A stretch of 40,056 bases of DNA, taken from contig CAJNYD010000059.1 in the NCBI GenBank assembly GCA_905331295.1, forward strand, positions 1 to 40,056, given 5' to 3'. The notes beneath the pieces were generated by a model that saw only the letters and a program-made list of their open reading frames with translations, was not told the DNA's origin and ran no database searches. Position 1 is the first letter of the stretch; every line of letters begins with the position of its first letter. The position numbers were made by a program, and so were the translations under genes. The DNA comes from Rotaria socialis. Lineage: Eukaryota. Shown in pieces: positions 11,691 to 23,056 of this stretch.

Positions 11691-13572
11691 ATCGATAGAA
11701 CCAAACAAAACCAGCATAATAATGCTTGACTTTTTATGCGCATTTATCGTTATACTTACAGTTTTTTTCAGAAATAAATTATATACTCACCTTAGTGCTA
11801 TTAAAAAGATAAATGGCGTTTAAGTCACTTGCATTAACCATTTCAACACATCAAAACTGTTTATGAGAGCATTCTATATTCATCTATTAACGCTTTACTG
11901 GTCAAAGAACTGTTCTTAGTCAGATTTAAAAAAATTCTATTTATAAGCTAAAGACAAACTTTCATTCCTATTCTTCTCTATTTCAGATAGAATCTCATAA
12001 AACGAAAGGCAAAAACTCAAAAACACTATCTATTCCATATGGCTTTTAGAACTATTTATTTTAATCCAGCTGAACACGCTACATGCTCATTAAGAAACAA
12101 TGTACAACACAGCTATAAATCAAGAACATTAGGACAACAGTATCATGAACGTAAAGCTTATTTACCTATATTTCCAAACCAAACTGTTGGTATGAATGAC
12201 TGTCTACTTTTGGCTAACGTACCAGGTTCGTTATTTCATGCATTATTTGTAAAGAATCTTATCATTTCATTTTAATCTTCATCATTTAGTTACTCGTCTT
12301 GCACCTCATGAGATTGTACGACGTCAGCATGGTGCATATACATCAGATGTATTCATGAACATGAATCCCTACAATAATATGACAGGATTCAGCTTATCTC
12401 CAGAAGATCTTCAAGAACTAACAACACGATTACTAATTAGTAGACGAATCTATTATTCTCTTCAATGCTGATAGATTGCATGGAATCTGTTATATTCTTC
12501 TTTCATTCCATGAATCATTTCGACGACATGTTCTTGAGAAGAAAGACGTTGCTTTAAAAGAGCCTACTCTCAATTCAAATCAAATGGCTATAGCATTAGA
12601 ATTCTATCTACAAATAGATGGTTAGTCTCTCAGTAAATATTAACTTTCATAATCTCATACATTCATATATTCTTCAGTGGTTCTACTCTATATGAAAACA
12701 TGTTCGTTTCGAGGTGCTGAGCCTCGCTCTAAGATCGAAGGTCTATTCTGTGGAACTGATGAACCTCAAGCAAGCTATACGATGCTTCCATGTGGTAGTT
12801 TATTTTGTACATGTTGCCATCCAGTGAATAGTTACAAGAAAAGTCAACCCTGGCCTGTCATTGACTTTGCTTCAAGTTCAATGCATAGATTCATCAATGG
12901 ATATAAAACCTATCTTAATTGTCCAGCAGTATGTTGTTTTTGAAGATTTAATTTTAATGGATTAACTATGATTGTGATTTAGACATGTACTACCGTGAAT
13001 GTGGTCTATGCTATGACATGTCCATGTGGTAATTATGATTTTGTTGATTCAACAGCAAACGCATTAGCTGAAGCTATGGCTTGTAAGTAGAAATCTTGTT
13101 TCCTTTGCAGATTTGAATGTCTTAATGCATATATGTTTATGATGTAGATCATCGAGAACTAGGCAATCGAATAATACATGAAAAGTTAACTGGAAGTGCT
13201 ATTTTTGAAAGATCAATGTTAGAACCCAAGATCGTGAGACAGTAACATAAAAGACACATGATAGTTCTTTTGCCAATAACATATTCTTCTCCTTTTTCAA
13301 TATTATAGGAATATTATACTCAAACAAATGCGTCTCTATCAACATTCTGCTCGATGTCCAGTAGCACTTCAATTATTTCTCGATTGTACTCCAATCTATT
13401 GGTGTTTCATTCCTTTACCACGACGTGAAGCATTACTACAAGATTTTGCTTATTTGAAAGGGATACATGTGGAAAATTTTGACTTAGCTTTCAATGTGCT
13501 GACTAGTACCACACATGAACGAAACGTGGAAGGGTATCTAAGTCGTGTACCACTAACACCGACTGGGTTTAT

Positions 13573-16500
13573 TGTAACGAAATATTTTGTTTGATGATAA
13601 ATGGATAGTTTATATTCGTTACTGCTGCAGCTTTAATTTTTTATTTGTGATCACAAAGAGAAACTGGAAGAGTAGTGTCACCGCTATCCTCGGTATATAC
13701 ATGATGTTAGTTACACTACTCCACTCTCTAATTTTCTACTTCTAGTTTACATTCCAGTTCTACTACATTCCAGTTCTAATACATTCCAGTTCTATTCCAT
13801 TCCAGTTTTACTTATACAATACAATGTACTCGCTTTATATACGTGCACACGAGAGAGAGAAAGAGAGAGAGAGAGAAGAAAGAAAGAACAGAAAACAGAT
13901 ATGATAGACATTTCTACCTTACATTAATTACGTTCAGAAACGTAACCACATCGCGGAATGATTTCTGGATAATAGAAAGAAGAAGATCAAATACATTAAT
14001 GATAGTAGTAGCTTATACAACATCCATTGAGAATAGCACATTCTATAACACTGATGAGAAAGTAATAGTCCTGTCTGCACGACAGTCCCAAAGGATAATT
14101 AAAAAATGAACACCAAATATGTGAACAATAAAGGATGTCCATGCATTATTGGCACACCCTCCCACTCAACTAAGACGCACTCCTGGGCGTCTACAGTTAC
14201 ATCAATGACTGTACTTGTACAGACAGAGAAAATGAACACTACAAAAACAAATGAATAGGGAAATAGAAATTGAAAGAGTTACATAAAAAATTTATTGCAT
14301 AATTCCTATGCAATATTGGTCCACCATGACATTCATCTTTAAAAAAAATTTAAGTCTTTCACCTTAATGTTGATCTAATTTCGATCATTGTTGCTCATGG
14401 TTGGACCGAATGACCAGTGCCTGGGCCGTTGTCACAGCCGCATTCTTGTACGATGCTTCAACTTGTCATCATGATGCCTGCCAACGTTTGCCCTTCGGAC
14501 GCTACCATCGTCTACTCCAACGGGTAACTTCACCAGTATATTGATTAGACTCGTTTTATAACTTTGAACTTGAGTTTGTTCATAAGTTGTAGTAGGCAGT
14601 CCTTCTATGGGATCTCCCACTATTAAGTCTAGCAGAATTCCGGAGTCTCAGTCTCACGCGTGTGAGCGTTTCTTCGCGTTCATCTTAATATTCATTTGGT
14701 TTCTTCTTTCACCACAGTTTAATGCATCCATTAGAATAATGTTAATAGTTTAATAGCAGTATAACCTTTCGTGCGTGCCAAAAATGTAAGATTCTTGACT
14801 TTTATAATTTTGTTGGTATTGATAAAATGTTACTTTTCTCATTCAATCGTGAATAACTTGATTCATAATGTTGCAATCTTCTTCTTTATTTTGTCTTCTT
14901 CTTATTATTATATTTTTACAAGAAAGAATACCTCCTTTCTTTAAACATTAACACTCACGAGAGAAGAAGAGAGAACATACTTATAGCAGGACAGATATCT
15001 CCTGACATAACACATAACACTTATATTAATTTGTATATAGATATAAATTAATTTTGTCTCTACCGACGAGTCATTATTGTTTACGACCAATAGGTAATTA
15101 CGCTCATTGTCAAAAATTTTAACTTCTGAATGATGTACTTGATGGAATATGATTGAGAGCATGATTGATAAAGAAATGTGAGAGGAAAAGACATGAAACG
15201 TACCGGTGTTATTAAGGAAAGCGCAGCAGACATACGCACATTTCGGCCTAGTAAATAGCCGTCCTTTTAGTACGTCCACTGATGTTCTGTGGCATTGAAC
15301 GACACACAATGCCATGCCTCTTGTCTTACATCTCCATGCTAATCATCACCTCTATCAATGTTCCTTACTGTACATTATAACTTGTTTTAAATTAATTTGG
15401 TATTTGCAATCGTTAAATAATAGTCTTGCGTTCATCACTTCTCTTCTATTCTAATACATCATCTCAAAATAATATAATTCATTGTACTGTTCCATCATAC
15501 ATAACTTTGTCATCTTTTTGATTTTGACTTGTTTTAACATAACGAAATAATTTGATTGATAAAAAGAAATTGGAAAGATTGGAGATGAAAAGACATGAAA
15601 CGTATTGATGTTACTAAGGTAAAGTACGCCAGACGCTACGCACTCGCGGTTGACCCCCTTAACCACCCTTTAATACGTCCATCGGTATTTTGTAACATTG
15701 TCCTTGCGGCAATTAGACAATGCATGTCTTTAACAATTCATATCCTCTGCATCAATCTTGTAAACCAATAAAATTTGGTCATTATTAATTTTGACTCCTT
15801 CATTGTAGCGTTTCCAAGAAAATGAGATGTTCAATGATGATTATGATTAAAATGTCTTGAACTGCTTCGATCGGAAGATATTGATGTTAAATTTCCAACG
15901 ATTCCATATCCATAATTCGAATCGCGGGTAATTAGGAAATATCATTCGTTACTGCTGCAGCTTTAATTTTTTATTTGTGATCACAAAGAGAAACTGGAAG
16001 AGTAGTGTCACCGCTATCCTCGGTATATACATGATGTTAGTTACACTACTCCACTCTCTAATTTTCTACTTCTAGTTTACATTCCAGTTCTACTACATTC
16101 CAGTTCTAATACATTCCAGTTCTATTCCATTCCAGTTCTATTCCATTCCAGTTCTAATACATTCCAGTTCTAACTATACAATACAATGTACTCGCTTTAT
16201 ATACGNCAAAGAGAAACTGGAAGAGTAGTGTCACCGCTATCCTCGGTATATACATGATGTTAGTTACACTACTCCACTCTCTAATTTTCTACTTCTAGTT
16301 TACATTCCAGTTCTACTACATTCCAGTTCTAATACATTCCAGTTCTATTCCATTCCAGTTCTATTCCATTCCAGTTCTAATACATTCCAGTTCTAACTAT
16401 ACAATACAATGTACTCGCTTTATATACGTGCACACGAGAGAGAGAGAAATAGAGGAAGATAGAAGAAACATATGCGCATTCCCTTCGGTATGTCGAGACC

Positions 16501-16713
16501 ATTAATCAGTTACATGAAAGTAGATAGATAACATTAAAAGGTAAGTTAGAAAGATTGATGAGAATAACGACTATCATGCAATGCCTATGGCGTATTGCAT
16601 AACACTCGTGAGAATACATTCCTCTTTCCAATACTATCGGATCAGAGGATATTCCGAAGAAATGGAAACGTAAATATGTGAACAATAAAGGATGTCCATA
16701 GATTATTGGCACA
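13573..16713 (-). mobile_element. Internally deleted LTR retrotransposon
   Basis: TG...CA termini (TGTGCCAATAAT...TCGTTACA on the minus strand). 5-bp TSD TTTAT at 13568-13572 and 16714-16718. 3' LTR 13573-14156 is preceded by a polypurine tract; 5' LTR spans ~15945-16713. No gag/pol recognisable. Confidence 0.85.
14157..14170 (-). promoter_or_regulatory. Polypurine tract
   Basis: Minus strand reads GTTGAGTGGGAGGG immediately before the LTR start TGTGCC. Confidence 0.75.
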
Positions 16714-16905
16714 TTTATGTTCTCACATTCACAAATAGAAAAGCAACGTCAATTTTTCAATCAGTTTCTCCTGTCCGACGGCGATCAGCTGCCTTACTCG
16801 CCCTTGGATTTGTACAAAATAGCAATAATTGCCGTCCGTGAGTGAATGTAACTTGTTTTCAATTATAGCTTCATGCTTCTTGTCCATTATGTTAGTACCC
16901 GCCTG

Positions 16906-19900
16906 CCGGGGGAGTTTTCGAACTTCTACAGGGACCTGCTACTGTTTACAGTGGTGGGAGGCGACCCTGGGCTGCCGGTAGCCAACAGTCTGATTTTTAG
17001 GCTAGCAACCTGTCAGTTGGACGTTAAACAAGTCTTGCTAACGAAAAGAAACAAACGAAATGTGCGAACGCACAAAAACACGTATATTTCGGTGGATGGA
17101 ATGTTCGATCATGTGTGAAACAATCAAAGAAAGAACTAATCATCAAACAACTGAAACAATATCGGATACAAGTAGCTGCACTAAGTGAAACTTGTATGTG
17201 TGATTCCGGGGTGAAATTTGTAAATGATTATACAATGATCTATTCTGGTGTTCAAAGTGATAATAAAACCAGAAAAGCACACGGTGTGGCTATCTGCCTT
17301 GATCCTATCGCCACAAAGGTATGGAAAGATTCAGGGTCTGAATGGGAAGCAGTTAGTGAGCGAATTATCAAAATTAGATTGAAGTGCACACCAATTGATA
17401 TTACAGTATTATCTGTTTACTCTCCAGTTAACCCATCGGCGAAACAAATGGCAAATGACGCTGATAAATTTTATTCTGATCTACAAGATACCATAAACAA
17501 CGTGTCTACAAATGATATGCTTATCATCATGGGTGATTTAAATGCCAGAGTAGGTGGAAATCAACAACAACCGGCTTCAATAAACAGTGTTGGACCATTC
17601 ACAGTCGATGTAGAAAATGAGAATGGAGCGAGACTCGTTGATTGGTGTGAGATCAACAATATCGTCGTATCAAATACATTCTTCCAACATAAATTACTTC
17701 ATCAAACCTCTTGGATGCACCCAGGCAACAAAATATGGCACATGATTGATTACACGTTAGTGAACAAGAAGTTCAGATCGAGCGTGGAAGACGTTCGAAT
17801 GTATAGAAGAGCGTCAGGTGCTATAGGAACGGACCATCATTTGATGCGTACCAAAATCAAAATTCATTTGAAAAGCAGAAGGAAAGGCGTCCTACAGAAG
17901 AAAACAAGCATTGATGCCGTAAAATTAAAAGATGAGAAACTAGTAGAAGCATTTCAGAAAGGTCTTCGTGAAAGGGTTGATGATGCAAACGTGGATACAA
18001 TTAGCATTGATGAGAAGTATGAATTGTTTGTATCATATCTTAAAGAAAAAGCAGAAGAACACTTCATACTTGATAAGAAAGTAAATCGAAAAAAAAAAGA
18101 ATGGCTTACAGATGAAATATTGAAAATCATAGATAAAAAGTCAATGGCATTCGTGGAATGGCAGAACCATCGTCACACAAATTTAGAAGCGGAGTATAGG
18201 AACAAATACAAGCGTCTTCGAAAATTAGCCAAGACGAAGATTGAACATCGTCAGGAAGAATATTGGGACGAAGTATGTGAGGGGATAGAGAAGTCTATCA
18301 AAAGTAACGATACTGCAACTGCATTCTCGATCATAAGACGTCTTAAAGGAGGAAGTAAAAGAGTGGAAAACATGCCTATTGAAGATAAAAATGGCAAATT
18401 ACTCGTAAACTCAACCGACCAATTAGAACGTTGGCGCGAGTATTTTTGTGAATTGTTGAATGTTCATTCAACTGTTGATCCATATGTAATAAATGAGGTT
18501 CAAATAACAGCACCATCAAGGTTGGACTTGGAACGACAGAACGCACGACCTTCTTTTGAAGAGGTGAAAAGAGCGCTAAATCAAATGAAATCAAGAAAAG
18601 CTCCAGGAAGTGATGAAGTGACAGCTGATATTCTAAAAGCTGGTGGTGAGCCAGTGATAAAATGGCTGCACGAAATGTTCACTGAGATGTGGGAGAATGA
18701 ACAGGTGGTGAAGGAATGGAGTTCAGCCACTCTAATTAGGCTATATAAGAACAAAGGAGACAAAAAGCTGTGTGACAATTACAGAGGTATCTCGTTACTG
18801 AGTGTAACTGGCAAAATATTCTCACGTATCATTCTCAACCGTATTCAAAATTCGGTCGATGAACGATTATTAGAAATACAATCTGGTTTTCGATCGAACA
18901 AATCAACGATTGATCAAATATTCACATTGAAAATGACAATGGAAAGAAGGAGAGAGTTCAATAAACCTTTGTTCATGTGCTTCATTGATATTGCAAAGGC
19001 TTACGACTCAGTCAATCGTGAGCTGCTGTGGAGAATATGTCAAAGCTACGGCATTTCTGAAAAATTGGTCAATCTGCTACGAATGCTATATAAGGATTCA
19101 AAAGCAAAAGTAAAAATTAATGGAGAACTATCAGACAGTTTCGACATAGAAACAGGAGTGATGCAAGGTGGAATACCATCTCCAATGCTATTCAATATCC
19201 TATTTGATTTTGTCATTAGAAAAGTTATTGAAGAGGCTAGTGTTGCTGGTGTAAAATTTTCATATGGTAGTAATGATTTCTTTCACGGAAGTCGTGAAAA
19301 GTATGAAAACTTTAATGTCTTGGCTCTTCTATATGCAGACGATTTGGTTGCAATGTGTGAAACTACTGATGATCTGGAAAAATTTATAAGATCGTTTGAA
19401 AAAATCACACAAAAATTTGGCTTAACGATGAGCGTTAAGAAAACATGCATTATGACATTACAGCAACTCAAGGAAGATCAACATGGAAAGGTTTTGAAAG
19501 GACAAGAAGTGGACCATCCTAATATTGATATAAACATTCGAAATCAAAAGATTGAAACAGTTGACTCTTTCACATATCTGGGATGCACTATTACCAGAGA
19601 TCAACGACAAGATACAGAGCTAGAAATCCGCCTAGCAAAAGCTGCTAGAGCATTTAATATGCTACGATATTCAATTTGGCATAGAAAATCGGTTTCAATA
19701 GTATCAAGACTCCGAATTTTCAGAGCATGTGTACTTCCAGTCTTATTATATGGAAGCGAAGTTTGGTCGCTTACAACAACTCAAGAGCGTAGAATAACAA
19801 GTTTGTATACGAGATGTTTACGTACAATCATAGGAGTAAACTTAGGTGATAGGATGTCAAATGACAAACTACTGGAAATCACTGGACAACCATCGATCGA

Positions 19901-20679
19901 AGACATCCTGCGTAGAAATCGACTGAGATGGTTCGGACATGTGAATAGAGCTGTATACGATGATAATGAAGCATCATTAATGAAAAAGATCATGTTTTCA
20001 TACTTTCATGACGAAAAAAGGCCGCATAGTATTGGAATACGGAAAAGGTGGGAAGATAAAGTCATGCTCGATATCGATGCACTTCAAATTAGAAACTGGA
20101 GAAGTCTAACTCAGGATAGAGATAGATGGCGAAAAGCAATTAACATAAATGTACAAACTAAGGCAGTACATAACAATATCAAAGAAATTGTATTTGAATA
20201 TAAACAACGAGCAGTGGTAAGGAGAGTAAAAGAAAGAGCAGTAGCACAGGGAGTGATACAACGAAAAGTTACAGAACTGTTAATAAAAGACAGAAATAAT
20301 CAATACAAGTGTCCTGGTTGTGTTAAAAATTTCAAACCTCAGGGAATCACGAACCACGTGAAAGCGTGTGTTAAAGCAAGAGCCTGGTGTAACAAGAACA
20401 AAATTGGTTAACAAAGCAGCAAATTGTGGATCACCTACTGAATTTGGAACTGGGAGAGCAATGATGACTATTATTTAAACTGGTTCACCAGAGGGTAATA
20501 GTCTGACGGATATACCTTGGCTTCTAACTCAGCAGCGATCATCTGAACATTCATCGACAATATAAAGACTCTATTTTTTTTCTTTCTTATTGTTTAAATT
20601 TCTTTTATGCGTTTGTGTATGTTTTTTTGTTTCTCACCCTACACTGGAAACGGTAAACGGGTCTATAATAATAATAATA
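16906..20679 (+). mobile_element. Non-LTR retrotransposon, RTE-like, apparently full length
   Basis: GC-rich structured 5' UTR, one APE-RT ORF, ~250-nt 3' UTR and a (TAA)n tail at 20664-20679. The 5' boundary is approximate and no TSD was found. Confidence 0.85.
17028..20411 (+). CDS. APE endonuclease-reverse transcriptase polyprotein with C-terminal C2HC zinc finger
   Basis: WNVRS, ALSET, GDLNA, IDY, TDH (APE). KAPGSD, NYRGISLL, QSGFR, FIDIAKAYDSV, GVMQG, LYADD, YLG (RT). CPGC...HVKAC at the C-terminus. The frame is open from 17028 with no early AUG. Confidence 0.93.
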   Translation, partial: TSLANEKKQTKCANAQKHVYFGGWNVRSCVKQSKKELIIKQLKQYRIQVAALSETCMCDSGVKFVNDYTMIYSGVQSDNKTRKAHGVAICLDPIATKVWKDSGSEWEAVSERIIKIRLKCTPIDITVLSVYSPVNPSAKQMANDADKFYSDLQDTINNVSTNDMLIIMGDLNARVGGNQQQPASINSVGPFTVDVENENGARLVDWCEINNIVVSNTFFQHKLLHQTSWMHPGNKIWHMIDYTLVNKKFRSSVEDVRMYRRASGAIGTDHHLMRTKIKIHLKSRRKGVLQKKTSIDAVKLKDEKLVEAFQKGLRERVDDANVDTISIDEKYELFVSYLKEKAEEHFILDKKVNRKKKEWLTDEILKIIDKKSMAFVEWQNHRHTNLEAEYRNKYKRLRKLAKTKIEHRQEEYWDEVCEGIEKSIKSNDTATAFSIIRRLKGGSKRVENMPIEDKNGKLLVNSTDQLERWREYFCELLNVHSTVDPYVINEVQITAPSRLDLERQNARPSFEEVKRALNQMKSRKAPGSDEVTADILKAGGEPVIKWLHEMFTEMWENEQVVKEWSSATLIRLYKNKGDKKLCDNYRGISLLSVTGKIFSRIILNRIQNSVDERLLEIQSGFRSNKSTIDQIFTLKMTMERRREFNKPLFMCFIDIAKAYDSVNRELLWRICQSYGISEKLVNLLRMLYKDSKAKVKINGELSDSFDIETGVMQGGIPSPMLFNILFDFVIRKVIEEASVAGVKFSYGSNDFFHGSREKYENFNVLALLYADDLVAMCETTDDLEKFIRSFEKITQKFGLTMSVKKTCIMTLQQLKEDQHGKVLKGQEVDHPNIDINIRNQKIETVDSFTYLGCTITRDQRQDTELEIRLAKAARAFNMLRYSIWHRKSVSIVSRLRIFRACVLPVLLYGSEVWSLTTTQERRITSLYTRCLRTIIGVNLGDRMSNDKLLEITGQPSIEDILRRNRLRWFGHVNRAVYDDNEASLMKKIMFSYFHDEKRPHSIGIRKRWEDKVMLDIDALQIRNWRSLTQDRDRWRKAININVQTKAVHNNIKEIVFEYKQRAVVRRVKERAVAQGVIQRKVTELLIKDRNNQYKCPGCVKNFKPQGITNHVKACVKARAWCNKNKIG

Positions 20680-21118
20680 CATAGAGTAGTCTTATTAGGA
20701 ACAAAGCTACAATTAAGAACAAATTCAATCAACCGCAAACTACCACTAATTACTTAACTAGTTTTCGAGATTATTAGCTAATTTTTACATCATTCGATGC
20801 AGTAGACATTTCTTCACTCAAATAAGTAAAAGTTATTTTTGTATGATGAGAAATGGCTGAGTTACAAAGGAATTACACAGACCTCTGAAAAAGCTGTTCT
20901 TATTAGGAACATCAGCTGTATACAAATGGCTGTTCGGAAAAAATCCCAATAGAGCGTTACTTATTTTCTGGTTCTTGTGACTACCGCAATATTCTATTGT
21001 TTTTTCCACTCTTACTAATTGTCTTTTCAATTGAGCAACTCAAAATGTTTAGCATGCTACTAACGATCAGACTTATAATAAATCCTATGTAAGTTTTAAT
21101 TAGCTCTTATATGTGCAC

Positions 21119-21383
21119 TAGGGGTGTGACAGTTCTCAGATCTAAGTTCAGATCAAATGAGCGAAAGAACTGTTCGAACAGATCAGATCAGATCTAAGAA
21201 CTGTTAGGATCTGCACTGGAATGATGTCTATATCGATATAGGCGTCTCTTATGGGATCTGATCTGATCTCCTTGAACAGTTCAGATCAGATCTAAAGATC
21301 TGTTCAAACAGTTCTAATGATATGATCTGATCTAGCCGAACAGTTCTAAGGATCTGAACTAAAACTGAACTGTCACACCCCTA
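21119..21383. mobile_element. hAT-family MITE
   Basis: 17-bp TIR TAGGGGTGTGACAGTTC, 8-bp TSD ATGTGCAC (21111-21118, 21384-21391), and internal AGATC/GATCT and GAACAGTTC repeats. Confidence 0.92.
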
Positions 21384-21965
21384 ATGTGCACCACTGAATA
21401 GAGGACAAAAATAGTCTACTTCTTTTGGAACTAGTCAGGAAAGAACATATTTTCTCATTTAGAACGACAACAAACATCTGTGTCATCACCTCAAAAACAA
21501 CCTGATTGAGGTGGCCATATTTGCCTGATATGTGACAAATGTCGTGATTAGGATCGTCGTCGTGGTTGTTATGATGTTTATGTACGTTACTATCCTGATA
21601 GTGGCTATACATATATGAAGCGTCATAATGCCACTGGTCATCTCGAACTTCGTCGTGATTGTGGTGATTTCGAGGATGGTTTTGGTGATGGTTTTCTTTA
21701 TACGTGTCGATGTTGCAATAACATAGCAGATTAACTTTTCAGAGACAAAAAAATTATTTTATCTTTTAAACAAACGTAATATTATGAAGCTGCTTAATAT
21801 TCTAAAGATAAAGAAAACATTCGATGAAAATTTATGATTGAAACAATATGAAAGTTTATATAGTTGAGAACTACAAGAGATTCAGCTAGGAGTGGAAAGT
21901 ATTACTTTGCGTTTCAATAAGATTTAGAGATTCCTTAGTGTTTGTTAGATTATTACATTGAATAT

Positions 21966-21995
21966 CTTGAGGGTGTGGGTGGGGGTGGGTGAGTG
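21966..21995 (+). repeat. Interstitial telomere-like G-rich repeat
   Basis: CTTGAGGG TGTGGG TGGGGG TGGG TGAGTG. Bdelloid telomere units are TGTGGG/TGAGGG. Confidence 0.6.
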
Positions 21996-22614
21996 AATTT
22001 CAAGAAATAGATTTAAAGAACCAAAACATCCGTTTCGAACCTTGCTTAAGAGACATTGCACATAAGCCACGACCATCTTATGCAAAACCTTGCTCAATCG
22101 ATATCACCGATTTGGCTGATATTTTTACAATCGATAGCCCACATAGAGTTAGGAAAAAACCGAAATTTCAGCTCAAACGGATGAGCCATTCTTGCGATAT
22201 GAGCGTTACAAATATGAATAGATAGGCTATATTTAGTATATCTTTCAGAGCATTAATTGTGAGTAAATTTTCATTTTCCAGAGAACGATAAGAGATATAA
22301 CCGAGATTTTTTTACCATATATACTATCAATGACGGCTATCTTTTGGTTGTATGAAAAGTATCTTACTCTCAGATAATATTTCCTTGGTACTATATACCA
22401 TTTATTATAACATATCCAATGTGTATAGGACCAATTGGTCGAATCAGTGCCGTATAATTAATAAAGACAAGTCTCATTAAAAAGAGCAGATCAAAATACG
22501 TAGAATGACGTTTTCAGAATTTTGTAGAATTGAATTTTTTGCAGAAAAGTTTTTCAACAATATTTTGCTATTTTTATCAAAAAATCTTCATTTGGTAAAA
22601 TATTTATATTCGAT

Positions 22615-22760
22615 ATTGTTCCCTTTTCTGAAAGAAAGGGTTATAGGCTCGTTAAATAGGGTCGGGATGTGGGTGTCTCTGTGACATGATCATACCCACA
22701 CTCACACCCGAATTTCTCAGTCAGACCAGACCGGCAGCTCTGACTTACCCTTACTTTTTG
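22615..22760 (+). mobile_element. Truncated 5' end of a Helentron-type (HINE) element
   Basis: CCCTTTTCTGAAAGAAAGGG hairpin/subTIR similar to the one at 28979. No matching 3' end was seen. Confidence 0.4.
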
Positions 22761-23056
22761 ATTGGCCTGAGTACATGAGAGTAACTTGATCTATTGTTGT
22801 GCCTATGCAACACTAAAAACAAGTCCATGGGGGTTCGCATGGATCTCAGATGGTCATGCCGGAGTTAAGTAAAATTCGAGTTTCTATCTAATGGTGTACC
22901 ATTATTAGAGCATATTTATTTATTTATTTTAAGAATGAAAGCTTCTAATTGATGCTAAACTATGAATTATAAATCAATTAGAATACAAATAAATCGCTTG
23001 TAAATGAAAAATAAAATGATAAAAAGTTTAAATTGTTTATGTGCTATTACCAGTAA

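Larger units (their letters stand above)
12039..16905 (+). pseudogene. Multi-intron Cys-rich GIY-YIG-like gene (Terminon-associated type), interrupted by an LTR element and then a LINE
   Basis: Spliced translation PCGSLFCTCCHP...HRFINGYKTYLNCPA|TCTTVNVVYAMTCPCGNYDFVDST...YHRELGNR resembles the Penelope-type Zn/GIY-YIG region. The frame resumes after the TSD at 16719 (GFMFSHSQIEKQRQFF...DLYKIAIIAV|LP). Stops near 12468. Confidence 0.65.

Noticed and set aside
14051..14070. CTGATGA in the LTR as a hammerhead core
   Set aside because: No stem II followed by GAAA and no flanking stem I.
16207..16430. Apparent third LTR copy in tandem
   Set aside because: It is a near-exact duplicate starting right at a single-N gap, most likely a contig-overlap artefact.
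16873..17118. 81-aa ORF as LINE ORF1 or a frameshift partner
   Set aside because: Its ATG lies in the intron of the interrupted GIY-YIG-like gene, probably outside the LINE, and there is no canonical slippery heptamer in the overlap.
18376..19993. Minus-strand ORFs within the LINE
   Set aside because: Antisense shadows of the RT ORF with no motifs.
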